The notes beneath the pieces are model-generated. The model made no database searches, was not told the origin of the DNA, and saw only the letters and a program-made list of their open reading frames with translations. Of a DNA stretch of 64,000 bases, positions 49,931 to 58,642 are shown piece after piece. The DNA comes from a virus. Numbering within the stretch: the stretch's first letter is position 1; each line of letters starts with the position of its first letter. The stretch spans positions 33,729-97,728 of the IMG/VR virus record IMGVR_UViG_3300028025_002789, one strand, 5' to 3'. The position numbers and the translations under genes are program-made.

Positions 49931-50164
49931 GTGTTACATTTAAACCCGCTAGGTGTAGAAGTTTTTATAGATAGAACAAGATCAAACAATATAGACCCAC
50001 ACTGGGATAACTATGATTTAGTTGTCTGGAAAAAAGATAGCTCTGGATTTTCTCATATAAAGGGAATGTTTAGAAAAAACAATTGGGGCATTGCTGAAAA
50101 GTTTTCAGTAACTAAAAACGGTACCTGGGTTCTTCCCAAAAAATATGTCAGATATTTTAAATAG
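49931..50164 (+). CDS. Hypothetical protein
   Basis: GTG start, SD AAGGA. Confidence 0.7.
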   Translation: MLHLNPLGVEVFIDRTRSNNIDPHWDNYDLVVWKKDSSGFSHIKGMFRKNNWGIAEKFSVTKNGTWVLPKKYVRYFK

Positions 50165-50456
50165 TCTTGGCGTAGACCACGAAGATTTTGATTGGTGGCA
50201 CCTATCAATATGTAATGGAATGGATACGAATCTATTCTATGAAAAATATGAAATGGATGTCAACATTGCAAAAAATATTGATGAGGCATGCCTGTCATGT
50301 CCAGTAATTAATATTTGTTATCAGTCTGGTGTAGATAATAATGAGTATGGTGTATGGGGTGGAGTATATTTAAACTCAGGATCCATAGATAAAACAAGAA
50401 ATTTACACAAAACTCCTGATGTCTGGAAGAGGTTAAAAAAGAAAAATGTTTATTGA
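50145..50456 (+). CDS. whiB: WhiB-family Fe-S transcription factor
   Basis: C...D..LF...C..CPV...C...GVWGG. Confidence 0.9.
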   Translation: MSDILNSLGVDHEDFDWWHLSICNGMDTNLFYEKYEMDVNIAKNIDEACLSCPVINICYQSGVDNNEYGVWGGVYLNSGSIDKTRNLHKTPDVWKRLKKKNVY

Positions 50457-50775
50457 TAAGAGCCTCGACAAGCAAAAAGAACATTTTAAGTATGGAATTA
50501 ATCAATGGACTGGTGAACCAAATAAACCAGTTTTCTATAATAAAGAAATGGCCCAGAAGGTTAGAGAAATAAAGAGGCCAGTCACAGATTTGATGATGGA
50601 TATTGTACAATACCCAGATTTTTTAGCTATAAGACTATACGAAGATAATTTCGTTATGTATGATGGCATTAAAAAAGAAATGGTTATTGATTACGTATCT
50701 AAGATCAAAAAGCTCATAGAATCCTATGGGGTAAGATGTGAACTGGAAGGACAACCTAGCCGTGGAATACTATGA
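50446..50775 (+). CDS. Hypothetical protein
   Basis: Coupled ORF. Confidence 0.7.
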   Translation: MFIDKSLDKQKEHFKYGINQWTGEPNKPVFYNKEMAQKVREIKRPVTDLMMDIVQYPDFLAIRLYEDNFVMYDGIKKEMVIDYVSKIKKLIESYGVRCELEGQPSRGIL

Positions 50776-50956
50776 TACAATTCATATTGTTTATGTAATA
50801 GAAAAAGAAATTTACGGAACAGTTGATACGCTTGGCGCTTTCGCCTCAACTGTTAAATATAAAATAGACGGCATGGAATATGAAGATCTATTAGAAAATG
50901 AGGAATTTATGATAATGGACGAGATCACATTCTTACACGTAGAGGAAGAAAACTAA
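50738..50956 (+). CDS. Hypothetical acidic protein (start may be GTG 50762)
   Basis: ORF within the operon. Confidence 0.6.
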   Translation: MNWKDNLAVEYYDTIHIVYVIEKEIYGTVDTLGAFASTVKYKIDGMEYEDLLENEEFMIMDEITFLHVEEEN

Positions 50957-51193
50957 ATGGAAAAAATACTTTGTTACTCATGTAATAAAAGCAAGAATAA
51001 ATTAAATGTTAGAAAATCGGCACTGCTTCCAATTAACTTATTAATGTGCGAATCCTGTATATCTGGAAAGCTAGAGCCAAGATGGGTACTTATACTTTCT
51101 GGTCGACAGAATGGATCAGACTCAGTAAAAGAATTTATAATTAAAAAGAAATACCTAGGTCAAGAAATTACTGCTGCTGAATTATTAGTATAA
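50957..51193 (+). CDS. Small zinc-finger protein
   Basis: CYSC...CESC; SD GAGG. Confidence 0.7.
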   Translation: MEKILCYSCNKSKNKLNVRKSALLPINLLMCESCISGKLEPRWVLILSGRQNGSDSVKEFIIKKKYLGQEITAAELLV

Positions 51194-51216
51194 CTAAACT
51201 GGTATAATTGGTCTAT

Positions 51217-51537
51217 ATGACTATAGATCCAATATCCCTAATTATACCTATTTGTACTGCTTTACTAGGCGGAGTAGGTGCCTCTTTGCTGTCGGGAAGA
51301 AGAGAATACAAAAAAGAACAAATAAGACAAAAAGAGCGAGAGCAGGATCATTTAAAGATTGAGCTTAAGGATCTTAAACTTGCCTTATATAAACTTGAGC
51401 GTGATCTGACTGAATGGAAAGATAAATATTATGGAGCCATACAAGAATTAATTTCAGTAAAGTCAGAATTAGAAGAGACCTTAATTAAACTAACATTTAT
51501 AGACCATAAAATAGATGATATGAACAGGCTGGACTAA
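51217..51537 (+). CDS. Membrane-anchored coiled-coil protein
   Basis: N-terminal TM plus heptads; leaderless behind TGGTATAAT. Confidence 0.7.
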   Translation: MTIDPISLIIPICTALLGGVGASLLSGRREYKKEQIRQKEREQDHLKIELKDLKLALYKLERDLTEWKDKYYGAIQELISVKSELEETLIKLTFIDHKIDDMNRLD

Positions 51538-51564
51538 GAATATTAAAAATAGTATACTGGGATT

Positions 51565-52134
51565 ATGACCTGTATTGTTGCTTTAGTCCATGAAAATAAG
51601 GTGTTGCTTGGCGGAGACGCATCAGCATCTGATGAAAAGTCTGGTTTAATTTTCCAAAGAAACGATCCAAAGGTTTTTAAAGTTGGTCAATTTGGGATAG
51701 GATTTGTTGACAGTTTTAGAATGGGACAAATACTACAATATAACTGGACACCACCATTATACAAAGCAACTGCAGGATTTAAAAATTTAGATAAGTTTAT
51801 GCGTACTAAGTTTATTGAATCTATTAAAGAAACATTTCAAGAGCATGGGTACGGAAAGTTTGGGTCAAGCGCACCAGAGGATGGCGATGAAGGCGGAGTA
51901 TTTATAATCACGGTTCAAGGCTCTGGAAGAATATTTGTAATGGATACAGACTTCCATATTGGAGAAGCAGACGTTGCTTTCATGGCAGAAGGAAGTGGAC
52001 AACAGCTAGCTCTTGGATCACTATACTCTACTGGATTAATTAAAACTCCTCGTAAGCGTGTTAGAATGGCTCTAGAGGCAGCAGCTAAATTTAATATGGC
52101 CGTAAGAGGCCCCTTTACAATCATAGAGGTTTAG
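51565..52134 (+). CDS. Proteasome-beta/HslV-like Ntn hydrolase (paralog 1)
   Basis: N-terminal (M)TCIVAL, GD, PKVF, A.GSG...ALGSL. Confidence 0.8.
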   Translation: MTCIVALVHENKVLLGGDASASDEKSGLIFQRNDPKVFKVGQFGIGFVDSFRMGQILQYNWTPPLYKATAGFKNLDKFMRTKFIESIKETFQEHGYGKFGSSAPEDGDEGGVFIITVQGSGRIFVMDTDFHIGEADVAFMAEGSGQQLALGSLYSTGLIKTPRKRVRMALEAAAKFNMAVRGPFTIIEV

Positions 52135-52148
52135 AGTATAATTAAATT

Positions 52149-52355
52149 ATGGATATCAATGATTTGAGACCTGAAGATTATACAAAAGCTATGGACTTGC
52201 GTGGTACACCAACACATGTATGTCCATGCGGATGCAATATCTGGAACGTAAAGGTAATCTTTGATAAATTTGAAATAGCACAGTATTTTTTAGATATGGA
52301 ATGTGCAAACTGCGGTAGTCTTGCTACCGCCCCAACACCAGAAGACGGATTCTAA
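52149..52355 (+). CDS. Small zinc-binding protein
   Basis: PTHVCPCGC...CANCG.L...PTP. Confidence 0.75.
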   Translation: MDINDLRPEDYTKAMDLRGTPTHVCPCGCNIWNVKVIFDKFEIAQYFLDMECANCGSLATAPTPEDGF

Positions 52356-52525
52356 TGAGAAAAAATGAAAGACTCAGACTGCTTGAAATGCAGTTGCTTA
52401 GACTTGAATTTGAAGTCGAATTATTAAACCATATGCTTTCTGCTATTATGGAACAAAATGGACTAGCCCAACCAGAATTAGATGCTGGTAAATGGTATAA
52501 AAGAAGACTAAAGGGCCTAGAATAA
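52355..52525 (+). CDS. Hypothetical protein, 56 aa (not in ORF track)
   Basis: MRKNERLRLLEMQLLRLEFEVELL...; TAATG coupling. Confidence 0.65.
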   Translation: MRKNERLRLLEMQLLRLEFEVELLNHMLSAIMEQNGLAQPELDAGKWYKRRLKGLE

Positions 52526-52528
52526 CTA

Positions 52529-52557
52529 TTGACACAATCGCTCTAATTTAGTAGAAT
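52529..52557 (+). promoter_or_regulatory. Consensus SigA promoter, leaderless
   Basis: TTGACA-N17-TAGAAT; ATG 7 nt downstream. Confidence 0.8.
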
Positions 52558-52564
52558 TTAGGGT

Positions 52565-53497
52565 ATGAACAAAAAACTAATAGCGGCTCTAGTAGCCACA
52601 GCAATATCTTTACCAACATTCGCTAATTCTGCGAAAGCTGAGAATCAACCTGCACCTACGATTGCAATCCTAGACACAGCACTTGATTCTTCTCTGTCTT
52701 TATTTAAAGATAGAATTATTCATGAAGCATGTGTAGTTCAATGGAACTCCTGCCCAAACGGACTTAGCGTTATGGAAGGTCCAGGATCGGCATCTATGCC
52801 ATCACAATTCATTTCTAAAAATGGATTTGAGCATGGAACACAAATGGCTTCTTTAGCAGTAAAAACAAACATGACTGTTAAAATTGTATTTGTAAGAGTT
52901 ATTGGGTCAACATCTAATGGAGCGAGACAAAGTGCTGGAGAGCAAACTGTATTCAATGCTTTAGATTGGGTTATTGCCAATAAAGATAAGTTTAATATTC
53001 AAGCAGTATCAATGTCGCAGTCTCATCATAATTTGGGATTAGCTGGAACAGATTACTGCCCAAAGACACCAAACACTGAAGCCAGAATTAAGTCATTGGC
53101 TGCTAGCGGAATTCCAGTATTTTTCCCAGCAGGTAATGGAAGAGACTATCAAAGAATTGATTGGCCAGCATGTATTCCATCTTCAATTGCAATTGGTGCC
53201 ACAATGCCAACAAAAGAAGTTGCAATCTATTCAAACTTTGATTCTAAATTGGTAGATTTCTTTGCAGAAGGAACAACACGAGCATTAAATCCAGGTGGAT
53301 CTATTGTTAACGTTGCTGGAACATCTGCTTCTACTGTTACTGCAGCCACTTCATGGGCTACATTAAAAAGTTTAAAGCCAAATCTTAGTTACTCAGAAAT
53401 TTATGATATTTTATCTAAGACATCATTGCCAACTAAGAATTCAAAGGTTTCTGGCGGAAAACTAATTGATTTATCAAAGGCTATCAATGGCCAATAA
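52565..53497 (+). CDS. Secreted subtilisin-like S8 serine protease
   Basis: Signal peptide; triad ILDT, HGTQM, GTSAS; oxyanion AGN. Confidence 0.88.
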   Translation: MNKKLIAALVATAISLPTFANSAKAENQPAPTIAILDTALDSSLSLFKDRIIHEACVVQWNSCPNGLSVMEGPGSASMPSQFISKNGFEHGTQMASLAVKTNMTVKIVFVRVIGSTSNGARQSAGEQTVFNALDWVIANKDKFNIQAVSMSQSHHNLGLAGTDYCPKTPNTEARIKSLAASGIPVFFPAGNGRDYQRIDWPACIPSSIAIGATMPTKEVAIYSNFDSKLVDFFAEGTTRALNPGGSIVNVAGTSASTVTAATSWATLKSLKPNLSYSEIYDILSKTSLPTKNSKVSGGKLIDLSKAINGQ

Positions 53498-53699
53498 TCA
53501 AGTAACCGTACTAGAAGGAATCATTGAAGATATTTCTATTGAATTATATCAAAAGCTTTGGAATGCAATTCCTGCAGAAGAACAGAATGAGGAGTCTTCA
53601 AAGGCTATTGGATTAAATTCAAAAGAAACAACATTGTTCATTATCCAAAGATTTATGGATAAGTTTAATGCAGCAGCAGAAGAGTTAAAAGACAAATAA
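53487..53699 (+). CDS. Hypothetical protein
   Basis: Coupled ORF. Confidence 0.65.
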   Translation: MANNQVTVLEGIIEDISIELYQKLWNAIPAEEQNEESSKAIGLNSKETTLFIIQRFMDKFNAAAEELKDK

Positions 53700-53706
53700 A
53701 TAAAAA

Positions 53707-53747
53707 GGCGGGCTAGTATTGACTAGCCCGCTATTATTTAGTAGAAT
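53707..53747 (+). terminator. Terminator hairpin overlapping the next promoter
   Basis: GCGGGCTAGT-attg-ACTAGCCCGC; TTGACT(53719)-N17-TAGAAT(53742). Confidence 0.75.
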
Positions 53748-53754
53748 AGGTATC

Positions 53755-54225
53755 ATGCAAACATTCTTACCAGAGGCGGACTTTGCCGAAACAGCAAAGC
53801 ATTTAGATCGTAAGCGTTTAATGAAACAACGTATAGAAAACCTACAAATATTAAAGTCTCTAGCAGGACTTTACAGTAGCGGGGCATGGTCAAACCATCC
53901 AGCAGTTAAAATGTGGAAAGGTCATGAAGACTGGCTATTCTTATACAATGAAGCTATTCTCAAAGAAGTTTTCTTGAGAGGATACAAAGACAATACATCA
54001 ACAGAGTTTGATCGTGTGTATGAAGATAATTTTCTAGGCATATCCACAGATAAGCCTTGGTGGCTTGGAAAAGAAAAACTTCATTATACACATAAGGGAA
54101 GACTTTTTGAAAAGGATCCAGAGCATTACTGGTTCTACCAAGAGTTTGCGGACTATCGTGAATTAGGGTATACTTGTTGCGAGTCGTGCAGTTACTATTG
54201 GCCAGCACATAAGGTGGCACAATGA
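53755..54225 (+). CDS. Pyrimidine-dimer DNA glycosylase/endonuclease V-like (MSMEG_6728-type)
   Basis: MQTFLP...A..LD.KRL.KQR.E..QIL...W.NHPAVKMW.G...PWWLG...H...L..KDP.HY...YYWP. Confidence 0.88.
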   Translation: MQTFLPEADFAETAKHLDRKRLMKQRIENLQILKSLAGLYSSGAWSNHPAVKMWKGHEDWLFLYNEAILKEVFLRGYKDNTSTEFDRVYEDNFLGISTDKPWWLGKEKLHYTHKGRLFEKDPEHYWFYQEFADYRELGYTCCESCSYYWPAHKVAQ

Positions 54226-54524
54226 TACTAACAGATGACAATCTTCAGGAAGCAATAGATGGCAACAGTCTACTGTTTCTTTATTTTTGGGCCGAATGGT
54301 GTGGACCATGCAAAAGGTTCTCTCCCATAATTTCAGAATTAAAAGAAGAAACTGGTTTACCAATATTTAAAATAGATTCTGATGCTAATCCAAAATCAGC
54401 AGAAAAGTTTAAAGTTACTGGTATACCAACTGTTTTAGTAATTGAAAATGGTGCTGAAGTTGAAAGAGTAATTGGCGCAATGCCAAAGCATAAGCTAATC
54501 GAAAGGCTTAAGCAATGGATGTAG
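54222..54524 (+). CDS. trxA: Thioredoxin
   Basis: FWAEWCGPCK, IPT. Confidence 0.93.
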   Translation: MILTDDNLQEAIDGNSLLFLYFWAEWCGPCKRFSPIISELKEETGLPIFKIDSDANPKSAEKFKVTGIPTVLVIENGAEVERVIGAMPKHKLIERLKQWM

Positions 54525-54736
54525 ATTTTGATGAGTGGATGTCGTTCGGTATTGAAAAAGGCTGGTGTGGACCACCAGTTTGCAATACACACGATGGACT
54601 ACCTTTATCAGAGACGGAATATGATCTAGAGGATGAATGTATTCATATCATTAGATTGTATGACGATAAAGAAATGAAAGACGCTGTAGAGGAGAATCAT
54701 TCTCCTTCACATTGGCGAGATATATATACAAAATAG
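54515..54736 (+). CDS. Hypothetical protein
   Basis: GW..PPVC.THDG.P...CIHIIRLY motif. Confidence 0.7.
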   Translation: MDVDFDEWMSFGIEKGWCGPPVCNTHDGLPLSETEYDLEDECIHIIRLYDDKEMKDAVEENHSPSHWRDIYTK

Positions 54737-54782
54737 GTTTCTGTGCTCATTAAGAGACAGAAAGAAAAAGGAGAAAAAATAA

Positions 54783-56399
54783 ATGAGTTCATTTAAAAAA
54801 ATTGCTCTAATTATGGCTGCAGCCGTATCGAGCACGTTTTTGGTTGCAATTCCGCAGGCCTCTGCAGCAGTAAGTGGTGGATACGAACTATCCTCTACAC
54901 TAGCTAATGGTGCTCGTGGCGTAACCGTTTTATCTTCTGATGCTGACAAGGCTGAGGCTGGAGTTAATTCAACTATTGCATTAACAACTTCCGATACACT
55001 TGCTTCAACAGCAGATGATAACGTTTCGCTAGAAATTGCTGGACCAGCTATCTTTGGTGCTTATACAGCAGCAGGAAGCAATGCAGCAACACTAGCACTT
55101 ACCAATTTAGGTAAGACATTTACATTTACAGCAGCGACATCTTCTGCAGTAAATCTTCCTTCACCAGTATTGGTTAACGTTACTGGAGCAGGAACAGTTA
55201 CAATTACACAAAAGAAGAAGGTTGGATCAACCGTTTCTGTAATTGATATTAAAACAATTTATGCAGGAACAACTGCAAAGACAGATATCTTATCTGTATC
55301 AGACTCACTAGGTCGTGTTCAAGATACATCTACACAGGGAACACTAGCATCATCAGCAGATGTTGCTGGATCAACAACTGTTGTAAATGATGGAACAGCC
55401 TACGTGAATGTTTTGGCACGAGATGGATGGGCACAGACTATGGCAACTAACGGCGTATTGCAAGCGAATGCAAGCAATGGCGCAATTGTTTCATGGGATG
55501 CATCACCATCAGTCCAGGCATCATTTGCAGCTAAAACAGGTACTGGTGGAGTTCTTTATGTTAAGCAGGGAACTGCTAATGAGAATAAGCCAGTAACAAC
55601 AAATATTACAGTTTCATACAACAACACAGTATTCGTCACAAAGACAGTGACATTTACTGGTCGTGCTGATGCAATTGTAGTTTCTGGTGTAGACATTGCA
55701 CAGTCAAATGGAACACGTACAGGAACATACGACTTTGTAGTTAAGGATGCTGCTGGTAATCAATTAGCTGGAGTTACTCCAAATGCTGATACAACAAAGT
55801 ATACTTCTCAAGTCACAGCCGTTTCTGTAGCAGGATCTTCTTCTGCAACAGCAGTACAAACTGGTGGTTGGACATGTGCTTCAACATCAGGATCTGCAAC
55901 AGTACGTCTACAATTTACACGCTCAGATGCTACAGTAATCTATTCAAATGATTTCATTGCAGCATGTGCTGGAGGAGTAAACAAGTACACAGCCTCACTT
56001 GATAAGTCATCTTACAAGGCAGGAGAAATTGCAACACTAACAATCTCAGCAACAGATATTAATGGTGCTAAGGTTTACGCTGGTGCAACTCTAGGTGCTG
56101 GAGTAGCAATCTCAGGTGGTCAATTGACACCAGTAACTGCACCTTCATCAGGAGACGTATTTGATACTGCTGGTACTAGAGTAATTAAGTTTACAGTTGG
56201 AAATACATCTGGGTCATTTAATATGATCGTAGACCTTCCAGCATACGTATCTACAGACTCTGCAAAGACAGTCTCATACGCCATTGCTGACTCAGGAGCG
56301 GTAACAAATGCTGATATCCTAAAGTCAATCGTAGCGTTAATTGCTTCAATTAATAAGCAGATTCAAGCTTTACAAAAGCTTCTGCTAGCTAGAAAGTAA
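54783..56399 (+). CDS. Secreted S-layer-like/Ig-fold surface protein
   Basis: Signal peptide ending ASA; Ala/Thr/Ser/Gly/Val-rich; VKDAAGN Ig-like motif; amphipathic C-terminal helix; strong SD and terminator. Confidence 0.7.
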   Translation: MSSFKKIALIMAAAVSSTFLVAIPQASAAVSGGYELSSTLANGARGVTVLSSDADKAEAGVNSTIALTTSDTLASTADDNVSLEIAGPAIFGAYTAAGSNAATLALTNLGKTFTFTAATSSAVNLPSPVLVNVTGAGTVTITQKKKVGSTVSVIDIKTIYAGTTAKTDILSVSDSLGRVQDTSTQGTLASSADVAGSTTVVNDGTAYVNVLARDGWAQTMATNGVLQANASNGAIVSWDASPSVQASFAAKTGTGGVLYVKQGTANENKPVTTNITVSYNNTVFVTKTVTFTGRADAIVVSGVDIAQSNGTRTGTYDFVVKDAAGNQLAGVTPNADTTKYTSQVTAVSVAGSSSATAVQTGGWTCASTSGSATVRLQFTRSDATVIYSNDFIAACAGGVNKYTASLDKSSYKAGEIATLTISATDINGAKVYAGATLGAGVAISGGQLTPVTAPSSGDVFDTAGTRVIKFTVGNTSGSFNMIVDLPAYVSTDSAKTVSYAIADSGAVTNADILKSIVALIASINKQIQALQKLLLARK

Positions 56400-56410
56400 T
56401 TTACTTAAAT

Positions 56411-56456
56411 AAGGGGCAGGGGAAACCTTGCCCCTTTATTTATTAAATGATAGAAT
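56411..56456 (+). terminator. Terminator hairpin overlapping the next promoter
   Basis: AAGGGGCAGGG-GAAA-CCTTGCCCCTT plus T-rich tail; TTGCCC(56428)-N17-TAGAAT(56451). Confidence 0.8.
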
Positions 56457-56462
56457 AGGTAT

Positions 56463-56633
56463 ATGGTAGTTGAAGATATGGACGGATCCTCAAAAGAAAT
56501 ATTTTATGACAACATGGAAGAACATTTTAGAAGTAAAATATCTTTAGAGGTTTCAGGACTAGAATTACCTAATGAGTGGAAGCCTAACGAAGTTATTAGA
56601 TACATCGTTAGAAAAATAGAGAAGAGAAGTTAA
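56463..56633 (+). CDS. Hypothetical protein, 56 aa (not in ORF track)
   Basis: Leaderless ATG 6 nt after the -10; abuts the next gene. Confidence 0.65.
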   Translation: MVVEDMDGSSKEIFYDNMEEHFRSKISLEVSGLELPNEWKPNEVIRYIVRKIEKRS

Positions 56634-56852
56634 GTGTTTAAAAAGATTAAAGAGGCACTAGGGCTTGTTGAAGAAACACCAACAATTGTTTGGGAACCAA
56701 GAGTAACAGTTGCAAAGAAAGCTGTTAAGAAAACTTCAAAGAAGCCAGTTAAGAAAACAACAAAAAAGAAGCCAGCTAAGAAGTCTACTGCAAAGAAAAC
56801 TGTAAAGAAGACTGCTAAGAAGAGTACAAAAAAGGCTACTAAAAAGCGTTAA
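56634..56852 (+). CDS. Lysine-rich histone H1-like protein
   Basis: Repeated KKxxKK/AKK units. Confidence 0.7.
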   Translation: MFKKIKEALGLVEETPTIVWEPRVTVAKKAVKKTSKKPVKKTTKKKPAKKSTAKKTVKKTAKKSTKKATKKR

Positions 56853-56977
56853 TGATTGCAATAGAAGATAAGTGCGAAATGCCTGATTGTAGCAATAAAG
56901 CTGAAAAGCTTACCTCGACAGAAACAAAGTTTATACAAGTTTGTGGAGATTGCTATCAGGATAAGTACAAAGTATAA
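56852..56977 (+). CDS. Zinc-finger microprotein, 41 aa (not in ORF track)
   Basis: CEMPDC...CGDC; TAATG coupling. Confidence 0.65.
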   Translation: MIAIEDKCEMPDCSNKAEKLTSTETKFIQVCGDCYQDKYKV

Positions 56978-56990
56978 CTAAGGAGATAAA

Positions 56991-57146
56991 ATGTGTATTG
57001 AATGTGGATGTGAATCAGTAGGAAGCGAATCTGGAATCGCTAATATTCCAGGAGGAATTCTTGATACGTCAAGAGATGGAGAAGCAGGTTTAACATTAAA
57101 CATGACAGCAACTCCAGAACAGAGAGAAAGCTTTATTAATGAGTGA
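56991..57146 (+). CDS. MCxxCGC metal-binding microprotein, 51 aa (not in ORF track)
   Basis: MCIECGC N-terminus; SD AAGGAG. Confidence 0.75.
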   Translation: MCIECGCESVGSESGIANIPGGILDTSRDGEAGLTLNMTATPEQRESFINE

Positions 57147-57345
57147 TGACGGAACTGGTATGGTTACTCCGCCTAATAGCGAGCCATCAGGCGCAGTAAC
57201 ATCTCAAGAAGTAGGTAGAAAAAAACCTTCTCAAGGTAAATTTCATTCTGGTCCGAGACCTCCTACAAAAATTGATCGGAACAAGCACGGGATCCGTAGG
57301 GAAACCACGTTTGGTCCTAAAAAAACTAAGCCAAAAAAAGTTTAA
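57139..57345 (+). CDS. Basic, likely disordered protein
   Basis: Overlaps the previous stop; followed by a terminator. Confidence 0.65.
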   Translation: MSDDGTGMVTPPNSEPSGAVTSQEVGRKKPSQGKFHSGPRPPTKIDRNKHGIRRETTFGPKKTKPKKV

Positions 57346-57360
57346 TTAAAATTTAAACGT

Positions 57361-57390
57361 AGAATCCCCCTTAAAAAAAGGGGGTTTTCT
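57361..57390 (+). terminator. Intrinsic terminator
   Basis: AGAATCCCCCTT...AAGGGGGTTTTCT. Confidence 0.7.
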
Positions 57391-57391
57391 A

Positions 57392-57420
57392 TTGACGAAA
57401 CTATTAATAAATACTATAAT
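57392..57420 (+). promoter_or_regulatory. SigA promoter
   Basis: TTGACG-N17-TATAAT. Confidence 0.75.
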
Positions 57421-57443
57421 AGTAATAAGAGACAGGATCTATT

Positions 57444-58112
57444 TTGAAAAAAACTTTAGCTATTGCTTTATGCGATAATGGGCACGTCGACAGTAAATTT
57501 TTAGACGGAATCCTATCAATTATTGTATATATGAATTCAGTTGATTCCAAAGTAGTTTTTGACGGATTAATGCACGTTACTGGGAGCCAAATTGCTCAAC
57601 AAAGACAAACAGCCATAGAATCTTGGTATAAAAATGCTCAATCAGATATGCTTTTATGGCTAGATTCAGATGTTGTAATTAATCAAGAAGTGTTTAAAAA
57701 GCTAATAGATTCTATAGATGAGACAGATAGACCAATAGTTAGCGGTGTTTATTTTATATCTCCAAATCAATATGAAACTATGGCTGACCCATACCCTGCA
57801 ATATTTACAGACGACGGGAATAAAAACACCTCTATTCATCCTCTTCCAGTAAATCAACTAATAAAAATTGATGCAGCTGGATTTGGATTTCTTTTAATGC
57901 ACAGATCTGCGGTTAAAAAATTAATAGAGTCAGAAGACAGCCTATTTGACGTAACCTTTGGTAAAATAAATTTAGGAGAAGATATTTCCTTTTTTAGAAA
58001 AGCAAAAAAGAATGGGATTCCAGTATATGCACACACAGGAGCATTGGCTGGACATATGAAAAGATTTAACCTAGATATAAATTATTATAAGAATCGGTGG
58101 ATTAATAAATGA
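57444..58112 (+). CDS. GT-A fold (GT2-like) glycosyltransferase
   Basis: LLWLDSD (DxD), IVSGVY, GFGFLLMHR, GEDISF, GH.K. Confidence 0.82.
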   Translation: MKKTLAIALCDNGHVDSKFLDGILSIIVYMNSVDSKVVFDGLMHVTGSQIAQQRQTAIESWYKNAQSDMLLWLDSDVVINQEVFKKLIDSIDETDRPIVSGVYFISPNQYETMADPYPAIFTDDGNKNTSIHPLPVNQLIKIDAAGFGFLLMHRSAVKKLIESEDSLFDVTFGKINLGEDISFFRKAKKNGIPVYAHTGALAGHMKRFNLDINYYKNRWINK

Positions 58113-58642
58113 CAACAATTGTTGGAATTCAAGGTGACGGCTGGACTGTCATGGCTGCAGATAGTCAGATAACAGATGAAAACTCTAAAATAATTAGTCC
58201 ACAGACTCCAAAAATTATTAAGTTTAATGGTATATTGATTGGCTTACGTGGAGATGCGAGGCCTGGAGACATCGTTTCATACAACTGGACCCCACCAAAA
58301 ATTGTTGGTGATCCACAAAAATGGGTTGTTTCTAAAATGATTCCCTCAATGATAAAGGCATTTGATAAATTTGGTTACGACTGGAAAGATAAAGAGTCTG
58401 AATTTAACTTCTTGGTGTCTGTAAAGTCACAACTATTTGATATTGGTTCAGACATGTCTATAAGCAGATCTCAGTATAACATGTATGCCGCTGGAAGCGG
58501 TAAAGACTTAGCTTTAGGATATATGGCGGGACAGCCATGGGATAATATAGAAGAGGCAGAGCAGGTTGCAATAGAGGCAATAGCCACTGCATCTATATTT
58601 GATATACATACAAGTGAGCCGATACAGGTTGAAATTGGATGA
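58109..58642 (+). CDS. Proteasome-beta/HslV-like Ntn hydrolase (paralog 2)
   Basis: (M)TTIVGI...AADSQ...PKI...AAGSG..ALG...D..T. Confidence 0.85.
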   Translation: MTTIVGIQGDGWTVMAADSQITDENSKIISPQTPKIIKFNGILIGLRGDARPGDIVSYNWTPPKIVGDPQKWVVSKMIPSMIKAFDKFGYDWKDKESEFNFLVSVKSQLFDIGSDMSISRSQYNMYAAGSGKDLALGYMAGQPWDNIEEAEQVAIEAIATASIFDIHTSEPIQVEIG

